Below, piece after piece: positions 1-10,523 of a DNA stretch of 30,601 nucleotides. The notes beneath the pieces were generated by a model. It searched no databases, was not told where the DNA came from, and saw nothing but the letters and a program-made list of their open reading frames with translations. Where the stretch lies: positions 1 through 30,601 of the forward strand of contig NW_021832511.1 in the NCBI RefSeq assembly GCF_006345805.1. Direction: 5' to 3'. The position numbers were made by a program, and so were the translations under genes. This DNA is from Octopus sinensis (Eukaryota). Every line of letters begins with the position of its first letter. Position 1 is the first letter of the stretch.

Positions 1-472
1 ATAACTCTCCGGCAATTAAATTCCATACACCAGATATTGGACACCTGGGCCCATATCTAAAATACTAGCGAACCTGGAACTTCAAGGTTACCATACAACA
101 CCACCTATACTCACAAACAAACTCACTCCATGACAACATTTCCATGATCAAGGAACATAAATATTTCCTGCTTTATTCTGCAAATATACATACTTACTTA
201 TCTCCCCTGGACATAATTTTTGCAGTTACAAAAAATCAATTTTATGAGAAAATTAACAAATTACCGTTATGGAAAAAAAATCCATATACCTTGATAAATA
301 TATTGAACCAGTAATCAATATAATACTAGAATATACAAGGAATTCAGTCCATATTTTTTCTCCTTTTTCATACAGGTTGCATTTTAATATATTTTAATTC
401 CAGCGTAGTTGTCTCCCCTTCGATGGTTTATATTTTTATTTGTTTCAGTTGCGACCATGCTGGGGTACCACT

Positions 473-473
<1 letters not shown>

Positions 474-516
<43 letters not shown>
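474..516. repeat. (TAA)n microsatellite, forming the (ATT)n tail of the adjacent minus-strand CR1-like fragment
   Basis: Pure TAA run directly abutting the 3' end of the LINE fragment. Confidence 0.95.
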
Positions 517-880
517 TGTGTACAGTGCTCAGGTGCACTACAACTCATCTAAAGTGTATATATAATCAGGTGTAGTTTCGGCGGATTTCGGAAAGCATGA
601 GGGCCTTAAAGGATGCAGTGTCATGGCAGTCAACAACTGATGCAGGCAGTTTATTCCATGCTTCAGCAACTCTGAGCGTGAAAAATGTTTCCGAAAGTCA
701 TGGTAGCTGTGCTGTTTTCTGACTTTGTAGGCATGTCCACGTGTGTTAGACACATGGAGATCAGAAAGGTGTTCAGTGTTATTGTTGGTGAGGTGGTTGA
801 TAACTTTGTGGGTGTTCACCAAGTCCGTCGCCAGACGCCGGAGCTTCAGTGAATCCATTGAAAGGTTGTAGTCAAACGGA
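517..880 (-). mobile_element. 3' fragment of a CR1/L2-group LINE (RT C-terminus and 3' UTR), frameshifted
   Basis: ORF 538..966 contains LRRLATDLVNTHKVINHL...NTRGHAYKVRKQHSYHDFRKHF, matching the CR1-type C-terminal pattern 'RR...D L...KI...TRGH..K....R..FF..R...WN.LP'. The last part continues in another frame (EAWNKLPASVV). Confidence 0.8.
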
Positions 881-881
881 T

Positions 882-990
882 CGGACCTAGTACTTGTTTG
901 TAAACCTGGTACGTATTCTATCGGTTTTACTTGACTAACCGTTAAGTCACGGGGACAAACCAGCACCGATCAGCAAGCGCTGGGTCACAC
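882..990 (-). mobile_element. Diverged 3' fragment of SINE family N
   Basis: Similar by eye to 1130-1245 (cctagtac..ttctatcgg...ccg.taag.tac.gggac). Confidence 0.6.
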
Positions 991-1047
991 ATACAATACA
1001 AATACACAAACATGCATACACACATACATACATACATACATACATAT

Positions 1048-1254
1048 ATTCTTTTATTCTTTTATTACTTTCAGTCATATGACTGCGGCCATGCTGGAAC
1101 ACCATCTTTAATCGAACAAATCGACCCAAGGACTTATTCTTTGTAAACCTAGTATTTATTCTATCAGTCTTTTTACCAAACCGCTAAGTTACGAGGACGT
1201 AAACACACTAACAGTGGTTGTCAAACGATGGTGGTAGGGCAAACAGACATGCAG

Positions 1255-1290
<36 letters not shown>

Positions 1291-1455
1291 GTGTGTGTGT
1301 GTATTCGACGGGCTTCTTTCAGTTTCCGCCTACCAAATCCACTCAGCAGCCTTTTGTTGACCCAAGGTTACAGTAGAAGACATGCCCAACGGGTAACGCA
1401 GTGGGATTGAACCCAGGACCATGTGGTTGGGAAGCAGGCTTCTTACCACACAGCC
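1048..1455 (-). mobile_element. Full-length SINE (family N): tRNA-like head, central domain, internal (CA)n tract and 3' tail
   Basis: On the minus strand the head reads ggctgtgtggtaagaagcc...gggttcaatcccactgcg (Pol III A/B-box-like). Homologous pieces recur at 1586-1712, 2120-2310, 2450-2512 and 3091-3235. The tail ends in (AAAAGAAT)n. Confidence 0.85.
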
Positions 1456-1483
1456 TATAAAAATGCCCGACGACCCTGATGGG

Positions 1484-1495
1484 GAGAGAGAGAGA

Positions 1496-1543
<48 letters not shown>
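1484..1543. repeat. (GA)n microsatellite
   Basis: Direct inspection. Confidence 0.95.
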
Positions 1544-1548
<5 letters not shown>

Positions 1549-1585
1549 CACGTACACGCTATCACGTACGCACGCACGCACGTAC

Positions 1586-1712
1586 GATGGGCTTCTTTCA
1601 GTTTCCCTCTACGTATTCTCCTCACAAGGCTTCGGGATGTCTCTAAGCTATAACAGACGTCGCAGTGGGGTGAAACTTGAACCTTGTGGTTGGGAAGCAA
1701 ACTTCTTACCTC
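1586..1712 (-). mobile_element. Diverged head/central fragment of SINE family N
   Basis: gggcttctttcagtttcc...tgtggttgggaagcaaacttcttacc matches 1308-1447. Confidence 0.7.
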
Positions 1713-1959
1713 TCAGCTTACTCTATAAGTAAATTAATTATCACTTGATCATTAATCCATTGATAATAATTAGGAACAGTTGCAGAATAACAGAATACTT
1801 GTACACGTTCAGAATATGAAATTCTACGGAAAACTGTAAAATGCAAACGCGTTTAGCTAAACAAGAGTTATCTCCCTTAAAACAAGATCGTTGATCGAAG
1901 CAAAAGTTGTGTTGGTGGAATCGATAAAGCATCGAAATAAATATTTCTCACGTAATTTG

Positions 1960-2105
1960 TTCCGGATTCTTAACTTACGAGTTCAAATCTCGCTTGACTC
2001 AACTTTACTATCGATCCTTTCGAGATCGATAAAATAAAATACCAATTAAGTATTGGAGTTGACGTAATTGAACAAATTCTTCCCTCAAAATTACAGGCTT
2101 TGCAA
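1960..2105 (+). mobile_element. Diverged SINE family G fragment
   Basis: gagttcaaatctcgc...atcctttcgagatcgataaaataa..taccaatt matches 3465-3530. Confidence 0.6.
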
Positions 2106-2363
2106 CAATCTAAGAAACTTTTATTACTTGTTTCAGTCGTTTGACTGCGGCCATGCTGGAGCACTGCCTTTAGTCGAACAAAGGGACTTATTCTTTGTAA
2201 GCTTAGTACTCATTCTGTCGGTCTCTTTGCCGAACCGCTAAAGTACTAGGACGTAAACACAGCATATCGGTTATCAAACGATGGTGGGTGGGGGGGACAC
2301 ACACAGAGTCACACAAATACATACATACATACGTACATGCATACGTATGCGTATACAAACACA

Positions 2364-2408
<45 letters not shown>

Positions 2409-2638
2409 GTATGTATGTATGTAAATATGTGTATGTATATATATATATTCTTTTCTTTTTATTCTTTTACTTGTTTCAGTCATTTGACTGCGGCCATGCT
2501 GGAGCACCGCCTTTATATATATATATATATATATTAACAATTGAGGATAAAATCTTTAAAAGAAATTATCAGTAGTCAGCGTGAAAAACCTCGTAAGAGA
2601 AAAAATCCGTAAATTCTTCCTCTTTGAAAATATTCATT

Positions 2639-2725
2639 TATATTATATTGAGGGTACTACTATTCGTAGATACCAACACGCGGTCCCTCTTAGCGTGTTG
2701 GTATCTACGAATAGTAGTACCCTCA

Positions 2726-2735
<10 letters not shown>
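2639..2735. repeat. Perfect inverted repeat (43-bp arms, 11-nt loop); candidate MITE/foldback
   Basis: Arm 2639-2681 (..ttgagggtactactattcgtagataccaacacgc) is the exact reverse complement of 2693-2735; the loop is ggtccctctta. Confidence 0.9.
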
Positions 2736-2769
<34 letters not shown>

Positions 2770-2773
<4 letters not shown>

Positions 2774-3068
2774 GAGGGGCAATGGCCCAGTAGTTAGGGC
2801 AGCGGACTCGCGGTCGTAGGATCGCGGTTTCGATTCCCAGACCGGGCGTTGTGAGTGTTTATTGAGCGAAAACACCTAAAAGCTCCACGAGACTCCGGCA
2901 GGGGTGGTGATCCCTGCTGTACTCTTTCACCACTCTTTCTCCCACTCTTTCTTCTGTTGGCCTGCTCGCTTAGCCAGCGGGCTAGCGTCGTTCGAAGGCT
3001 AAAACAATGCGAACGCATTGTGACCAGCGATGTGTAACTACATCTGATGGACTGGTCGGTCACGTGAT
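2770..3068 (+). mobile_element. tRNA-derived SINE (family R, tail type 1)
   Basis: Head ggggcaatggcccagtagttagggcagcggactcgcggtcgtaggatcgcggtttcgattcccagacc has A- and B-box-like motifs. It ends cggtcacgtg + (AT)n, and a second copy lies at 9833-10085. Confidence 0.85.
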
Positions 3069-3323
3069 ATATATACACACACACACACACGGCGGGTTTC
3101 TTTCAGTTTCCATCTACCAAATCCACTCACAAGGCTTTGGTGGGTCCTAGGCCACAGCAGAAGACACTTGTTCATGGTGCCAGACAGTGGGACTGAACGC
3201 GGAACCATGTGGTTGGGAAGCAAGCTTTTTGCAACATTTATTTATTTATTTATCTATTTATTTATTTGTTTGTTTGTTCTTTTTTTGTTTGTTTGTTTCG
3301 TTAATTCCGTGTGTGTGTGTGTG

Positions 3324-3355
<32 letters not shown>

Positions 3356-3391
3356 CATACCCGTCTATCTATCAACATATACAAGATATAA

Positions 3392-3855
3392 AGGCGGCGA
3401 GCTGGCAGAAACGTTAGCACGCCGGGCGAAATGCTTAGCAGTATTTCGTCTGCCGTTACGTTTTGAGTTCAAATTCCGCCGAGGTCGACTTTGCCCTTCA
3501 TCCTTTCGGGGTCGATTAAATAAGTACCAGTTACGCACTGGGGTCGATATAATCGACTTAATCCCTTTGTCTGTCTTTGTTTGTCCCCTCAATGTTTAGC
3601 CCCTTGTGGGTAATAAAGAAATAGGTATTTCGTCTGCCGCTACATTCTGAGTTCAAATTCCGCCGAGGTCGACTTTGCCTTTCATCCTTTCGGGGTCGAT
3701 TAAATAAGTACCAGTTACGCACTGGGGTCGATATAATCGACTAAATCCGTTTGTCTGTCCTTGTTTCAGGTGGATGAAATAAGTACCAGTGGGGCACTGG
3801 GACCTACGCAATGCATTTACCCACATCCGCTGAAATTACTGACCGTCTGTCAATT
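3392..3855 (+). mobile_element. SINE family G with an internal 184-bp repeated unit (unit starts 3441 and 3625)
   Basis: A-box-like tggcagaaacgttagc (3403) and B-box gagttcaaattcc (3465). The unit ends gccccttgtgggtaataaagaaatag and rejoins gtatttcgtctgccg. A diverged alternative tail follows at ~3770-3855. Confidence 0.85.
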
Positions 3856-3880
3856 TGAAATCAATATTTACAGACATAGA

Positions 3881-4092
3881 GGCAGGGAGCTAGCAGGATG
3901 GTTAGCATGCTGGGCAAAATGCCTGACAGCATTTCTTTCTTCTTTACCTTCTAAGCTCAAACGCTGCCGGGATCGACTTTGTCTTTCATCCTTTCAGGGT
4001 CAATAAAATTAGAACCAGTTGAACACTGGAGTCGATGTCATGGAGTTTCTCCCGTCACCGAAATTGCTGGCCTTGTGCCAAAATTTGAAACT
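3881..4092 (+). mobile_element. Diverged SINE family G copy with the alternative tail (..aaattgctggccttgtgccaaaatttgaaac)
   Basis: Collinear by eye with the 3392 head and body. Confidence 0.75.
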
Positions 4093-6289
4093 AATATATA
4101 TATATATATGTAGACAGGTTTATGTGTTTACCTGTGTGGATTATTTGTGTATTTAAATCTTCACTTGTCTTCATCGCCCATTGAATTCTGGGAAGTATTA
4201 TGGGGGAATATTCCTTAAGCCCGTCTTCCATCGAGTCCCGTCACAATCAATCGTCTCCAAATGATTCAGCTGGAATCCGAAGACAGGCCAACCGAGTTCA
4301 TAGATGTTATCCAAACAATTTGCTCATGGTCTCCCTCTGGATTTCCTGTCAGTTGGTTTTGCTCGTAAAACCTGTTCATCGATTCTTTCCTGAAACATTT
4401 TAAACACATTTCCGTAGTATCGGAGCTGTGATCTCCCAATTCGAAGAAGAGGCTTCTAGTAGTTTGTCCTCTGTAGCTCAAATAGCTGAATGATATAATT
4501 TTGCAAGAAGTGTTATAGAGTAATCTCTCTTTAGTAAGTTTCTCGGAGATTATATTTCATGAGAAGTAATTCTTAATTATTCAAGAAGCTTCGCGTTTCT
4601 CTTGGAAGTTTCTAGAATGTCTAGCGTTCCATTAATAAAAACAGTTTGCTTGCCCTGCTCTTTGCTTTTTTGTCGATTAGACTCAGAGCCATTCACGTCG
4701 TTACTATGCCTGTCTATTTCTCTATGCCACATTACTAAAAACCACTATTTAGCTGTTATTTCTAAATTTCTGAACTTTCTTGCATAGATTATTTCATTCA
4801 ATTAGTTTCTACATTTTGATTATGTTTCATCGACAACCAGTGACTAAAATATATTTTATGTAATAAATATATTGTTCCTAAATTCATTCTTCTTCTCTGT
4901 AAGAATTCTTCTAAGATACATGCAGCATTTCTAAACATATATTCACCCTACAGGCCCTACCAGGGACACCTCTCTGATCTGCAGGCTACGCATTCAATAG
5001 AGTAACCTATCTCCAAAGACTATTCGGAAGAGCCCCCATTTCGGCCGTTTGTATTCACGATCGTATTCATTCGATTATTACCCTAGAGGACCAGAACTGC
5101 CCCCGTTTATTCTACTTCCCTCATATACTTGAAGCTACGACAATGGAGTTCTTTCATTGCCGTCAATGTGTATTATACTGAGCACCACAACAGTTCACCG
5201 TCTGTGGCTATAAGAGTTATTCACTGATTTGTAATCAAGAAAGATCATGACAATAATTGATTCCGCAGCACTTCGACAAAGGACGTGGTCACATGTTGGT
5301 GTGTAGAGAACTGCGGCTGCTGATGTCCACGTGTTTTTTGCAGCTGATATGCTGAACACCTCAAGAGAAAGAAAAAACTCTGACTGTTTGATCCACCATA
5401 TAAGATAATCTTGCGAGGTTATGTTCATTTATGTTGCATCCTCTGGTGTCTCACACAAAATATGCCCTCTGGCAAGAGAAAGTCAAACCGTTCTATTTGT
5501 ATGAGAGTGCAAAAGATCGTCAAAGTTGTTGAATATCCCTCCAGAGCACCTTTAAGTGGTTGCGTGTAGATGTTTGTCAGATGTCTGTCGTGCACCATCT
5601 ACTCAAACTCAGATGGAGGGTACGTTTTCCTTTTTACTTTCTATAAGCACCACTTGGTGCTCCGTGGTTGGTGGCTGTAGATAGGGAGTTTACTTGATTC
5701 TTCTACGTCTCATATGAAGGTGTAGCGAATGTTATGTTTATTATTTGGCTGTCTAGGGTTAGGTAGCTGCAAATTGGCGTATTTTGCCTGTTTTCTGCAA
5801 GTAGTCACATGACCATACCCGTTCGTGCCAATTGGATGCTTTAAGTCATTGAAACAGACCGATGGCCAGAGCAGCAAATGTGTGGTCTGTTTTGAGCTAA
5901 CAGATGGCTATAAATAAAGAATTTCTTTTGAGATAGCCAGAGAGCAGAGAATTGTCACCAGAGATATTTGACGCCATGCTTTGTATTTACCCCTCACACA
6001 TCCCCATGTACAAGCTGCACTGGGAACCAATGTATTTTTCTTAACAGAATCATTCGTACCTTTGGAACAGAAGCACTACTATATTCTTTTGTGTTAGTTT
6101 CATCATGTAGTGTCTCACATTTTGAAATACTTGCAATTTGTATTTTTACTGCTAATGTCTGTTTCGCTTGATATATTTCCGAAATTAAACGTTTTAATAT
6201 ACAAAATATACTTCACATTATTATATACGTTAATGCAAAAAAATATTGTTTATTGACAATCTTCAAAATGATCACTGCAGTAATGGAAA

Positions 6290-6717
6290 GACCAATGCGA
6301 ACTTGCTAAGGCAGTTATGAAAGGCTATCAAGACCAAACACCTAGCAAAACTGATGAATGGGGTTTTGTTTCATTAGGACAATGCTTCAGCACACATGTC
6401 CTTGGTTTTAATGGCTGCTGTGCGTGACCGGCTTTGAACTGGTTGCTCACCCTCCCTATGTTAGTGATTTGGTTCCATCTGGTTATTATCTGTTTCCCAA
6501 CATAGGAAAACACTCAGCTGTGATGATGACGTCTTGTCTCCTGTTAATGACCATTTTGACCAACAGAACAGCTTCTTCGCCAGTGTGATCCGTCGCTGCA
6601 ACTACTTATGGAAGTGTGTGGACAGTAAGAGGAACTACTTCAAAAAATTAACCTCATTTGGTCCCATTCCATGAGAGTGTCTTGCTCAGCCTATGAACAT
6701 TTCAGCCGACCCCCATA
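6290..6717 (+). pseudogene. Degenerate mariner (Tc1/mariner) transposase C-terminus and right end
   Basis: Manual translation gives GVLFH*DNASAH, ELVAHPPYVSDLVPSGYYLFPN (cf. HPPYSPDLAPSDYYLFP) and WKCVDSKRNY, with stops and frameshifts. It ends near TA. Confidence 0.85.
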
Positions 6718-6844
6718 ATAATAAAGATTATTATTATATCTGCATTTGTTCTAATGTTAACATTGAAAAAAATCCACATTTTTCATAAAAATTTTAGACC
6801 TGGGTTTGCACTCCCTAAGCAAATTTTGTTGCTGGGCCACTGCA

Positions 6845-6918
6845 CACACACACACACACACGTACATGTGTGTAAATATATATATATATATATATACGTA
6901 CACATATATAAACATGTA

Positions 6919-6997
<79 letters not shown>
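6845..6997. repeat. (CA)n/(TA)n compound microsatellite
   Basis: Direct inspection. Confidence 0.9.
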
Positions 6998-6998
<1 letters not shown>

Positions 6999-7164
6999 CA
7001 AAATGAGAAAATGGAGAAACATACCTAAATCAATTATCAACCATCAGATAATACCCACTCAATACTTTATTAAACCATTACACAACAGCAATGACATTAT
7101 ACATAATATATTACAAATATAACTAGACATAGAAATAGAAATAGAAAATATAATTACATATATA

Positions 7165-7709
7165 TCTCTTATTATAAAAGGCAGATTTTATCTGCCTCCC
7201 TTTGTAACTTATAGAAATCTACAATATAGGATTTCTTCAATTACAATTTACCTAGCATTTTTACGAGTAGAATGCATCGGGTCATGCCAGGTCCAGTTTT
7301 TAAAATTTAAACTCCAATTAAGCAAAATTTACAGAAAACTCACATTCTGGTGTGTATGTCAAATGCTTTTCTTAATGTGGTTTACACCACACGCACACGC
7401 ACACACACAGTGTGCAACGAATAAAATGAAAGTAAATAGCGACAGAGTGATTTGAGGAAGACTAAACTGAAAGTATTTAAACCACTACTCAAAAATAAAA
7501 AAACACAGCAAACAGAAACAAATAAATACATAACGATTTACTCCTCACACAATTTCTTCAATTACAGTTTACCTAAGATTTTTCAAAGTACTCCATTCGG
7601 TCATGCCATAATATATTTCTTTCAATTTCACCCCAATTAAGACAAAATTCGAGAAAACTCAATATTTTAACATTTCACTCCGAAAGCATTGATGTACATG
7701 TGTGCGTGC

Positions 7710-7744
<35 letters not shown>

Positions 7745-8816
7745 ATGGGTTGTGCGACACAGAAAGTGTGGTGTGTAAGTGAAGTGCTTTTGTTAGTGTG
7801 TGTAAAGAGACAGACAGAGTGAAAGACAGAAATAACTGAACTTTTTTATTCACTTTTTGTAGTGAGTGACTGAGAGAGAGAGGTTATGTATGTATATATG
7901 TATGTATGTATGGCTTCAGTGACACACACACACAAAAACACATACCTACGTACACCTAAAGCACGCACACACACACAAGCGGAGCGCGAACTTCAAAATT
8001 TTGGTAGTATTAATTTGCGAGCGTACTTCTAAGCGCGCGTAATTGAAAGTTTTCACTATGATATCATCACGTGCGAAAAAATTCGAAGGGTTTTGAACAA
8101 TTGAGATACAGATGTCACGCCTGTATTGAAACCATTGCTAAGCTGCCGTAATTGCTTAATTAAGACTTTGTTTAAATTGAAAGGGGCAAATATGTGACGA
8201 GGTTGAAAAAAAATACCCCAGAAAAAAAAATGTACTGCTGGTATTTATATAATTCACTACTATTTTGCTACAATGTCATGAAAAAGAAAAAAATTAGGTA
8301 TGTAAATCGAATTCGCCACCCCCTTTTCCCCGTTCGCGTTTGTGTAAAAAAATTATTATTTAAGTTTTAAAAATTATTTACTTTGTTCAAAAAATATTAT
8401 ATTAATTAATTTTCAAGAATTATTTAATTTTATTCTGTAAAATAGTAATTAATTCATTTATCTGTAAATCCGCGAGGTTGTTACTCAGGCACCTAGAATG
8501 GTAACCTTCAACTAACACTATCTCCTCCGAGACCCTGCGGCGCAAGTTGACCAAAATTGAGAGTATGGTAGAAGAAGGGTTGCTCTTTCTTCCGTAGAAC
8601 ATAAAATTCAAATCGGACCATGTTAACACCAAAAATTATTTACATCAAAAAGATGCTTTTTTCTATGAAAATCCCTATTTTTTACGATTTTTTCACTGCT
8701 GTGTCGCCACTTTTCGGTGTATTTCGACCAGAAAAATGTTCACAAAATTTTTACTTTTCAAAATTACAATTCCAGCGGGTCGAAACAAACCCGAGCAACG
8801 CCGGGCGATACTGCTA

Positions 8817-8817
<1 letters not shown>
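7165..8817 (+). mobile_element. Non-autonomous Helitron
   Basis: 5' A|TC start (tctcttattataaaaggcag) and 3' GC-rich hairpin cccgagcaacgccggg (8790-8805), 8 nt before CTAG (8814-8817) followed by T. The 5' ~300 bp is shared with 21447 and 22616. Confidence 0.85.
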
Positions 8818-8873
<56 letters not shown>

Positions 8874-9015
8874 ATATATATAATAGAGAGGGAGAGAGAG
8901 AGAGACACAGAGCGAGAGAGAGAGAAATATACACGTGCTTATGTGTGTGTACATGAGTGCATGTGTGTGTGAAAGTACACGGACTACATACACACACACA
9001 TACACACACGCACGC
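8818..9015. repeat. (TA)n/(GA)n/(CA)n compound microsatellite
   Basis: Direct inspection. Confidence 0.9.
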
Positions 9016-9412
9016 ATACATCTATCAACGACGCTCCTACTCAAAACACCTACAAAGCAACATCAGACGTTGACAAGTTCTTAAGGAAATCTCCTTCTGT
9101 TCAACTGTCAACGTGAGAGCTCTTATGAGCGTGCATCGATGACCGTGTTCTTGTATATTGACCTTTTGTGTCTACGTGTACCATGGGTGTACAGGATGTA
9201 TTTCTCCAGTAGAGGAATACACACCTTATCTTCATTTCTAACACCTTGTTCTACTTATCTATTTGTCTGTCCGGTGTGGCGATAGACTCCTATCGATTTT
9301 AATGTGAAGTTCTCATGGATCGGCGGATTGGAAGGGGAGGTGAGGCTGGCGAGAGTAGCAAGAAGCACCTGTTCCCATATCACACATACCTGCGTACACA
9401 CACAACACACAC

Positions 9413-9462
<50 letters not shown>

Positions 9463-9832
9463 TACTTATCCTCGAATATTGCCATTTGATGTAACACTAA
9501 GTCATTAGACACACAAGTGGCTACAAACACATTTCTAGTGTTGATCGCTCTCAGCATTTACGTACAGACAGACACAACACACCTGCACACACACAACACA
9601 CACACACACATACAAACACTCATACACATATACACACAAATACGTAAGTTATCAGCACTCCAACTAACACCTCTATCGTCATTATCATCATCTTCATGGT
9701 GGTCAAAAAATTTCGCCACCCGAGTGGCCTTTCCGTTTGCCGGCCCCACCCCCCACCCCAGGCACCACTAAAACACTTATTGCCTGCAGCAAATCCAAAA
9801 GTCGTGCAGTTCCAGTATTTTATATATATATA

Positions 9833-10080
9833 GGATCGTAGGATCGCGGTTTCGATTACCAGACCGGGTGTTGTGAGTGTTTATTGAGCGAAAACACCTA
9901 AAGCTCCACGAGGCTCCGGCAGTGGGGGGGGGGCGATCTTTTGCCACAACTTTCTCTCACTCTTTCTTCTGTTGGCCTGCTCGCTTAGCCAGCAGGGTGG
10001 CGTCACTTGAAGGCTAAAACAATGCAAAACGCATTGTGACCAACGATGTGTAGCAACATCTGATAGCCTGGTCGGTCACG

Positions 10081-10085
<5 letters not shown>
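9833..10085 (+). mobile_element. 5'-truncated SINE family R copy
   Basis: Collinear with 2812-3068, flanked by (TA)n. Confidence 0.85.
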
Positions 10086-10110
<25 letters not shown>

Positions 10111-10111
<1 letters not shown>

Positions 10112-10278
10112 TTCTTTACTGCCCACAAGGGGCTAAACATAGAGGGGACAAACGGATTAAGTCGATTACATCGATCTCAGTACGAAACTGATACTTTATT
10201 TGTCGACCCCGAAAGGATGAAAGGCAAAGTCGACCTCGGCGGAATTTGAACTCAGAACGTAACGACAGACGAAATACG
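10111..10278 (-). mobile_element. 3' part of the SINE family G copy that hosts the Tx1 insertion (B box and tail)
   Basis: Reverse complement of the 3441-3621 unit; B box at 10241-10253; TSD copy at 10263-10278. Confidence 0.85.
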
Positions 10279-10523
10279 AATTTCTTTATTGCCCACCGGG
10301 GGCCAAACATAGATATGGACAGTACAACTGATGGGATCAGTGAATCGATATGATTTTACATAAATGTGACATCAAAAATAAAATACAATACATAAAAATC
10401 GAATGGAATACACAGTACAAAAACAATACAAATGAAGCGATGATCAAGTTACGCTCCGATCCCACAAGCCCCGATCTACCGCTGATACCTTTTTATTTTT
10501 CCTTTTTTTTTTTCCTCGTCTAT

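Larger units (their letters stand above)
2120..3235 (-). mobile_element. SINE family N copy (tail 2120-2310, head 3091-3235) whose internal microsatellite hosts nested insertions
   Basis: Tail and head are collinear with the 1048-1455 copy but separated by ~780 bp. That gap holds microsatellites, a second tail fragment (2450-2512), a hairpin and another SINE. Confidence 0.65.

Noticed and set aside
2770-2850. tRNA genes at SINE heads (also 3392, 17544, 19600-19660)
   Set aside because: They have A/B-box-like motifs but no complete cloverleaf, and they continue into repeated SINE bodies.
3441-3770. CRISPR-like or prokaryotic repeat arrays
   Set aside because: The repeats are SINE units without unique spacers, in a eukaryotic repeat landscape with no cas genes.
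4266-5428. ORFs 4266..4481 and 5195..5428 as host exons, or as BEL integrase/Penelope RT remnants
   Set aside because: There is only faint motif resemblance, with no convincing catalytic motifs or splice context.
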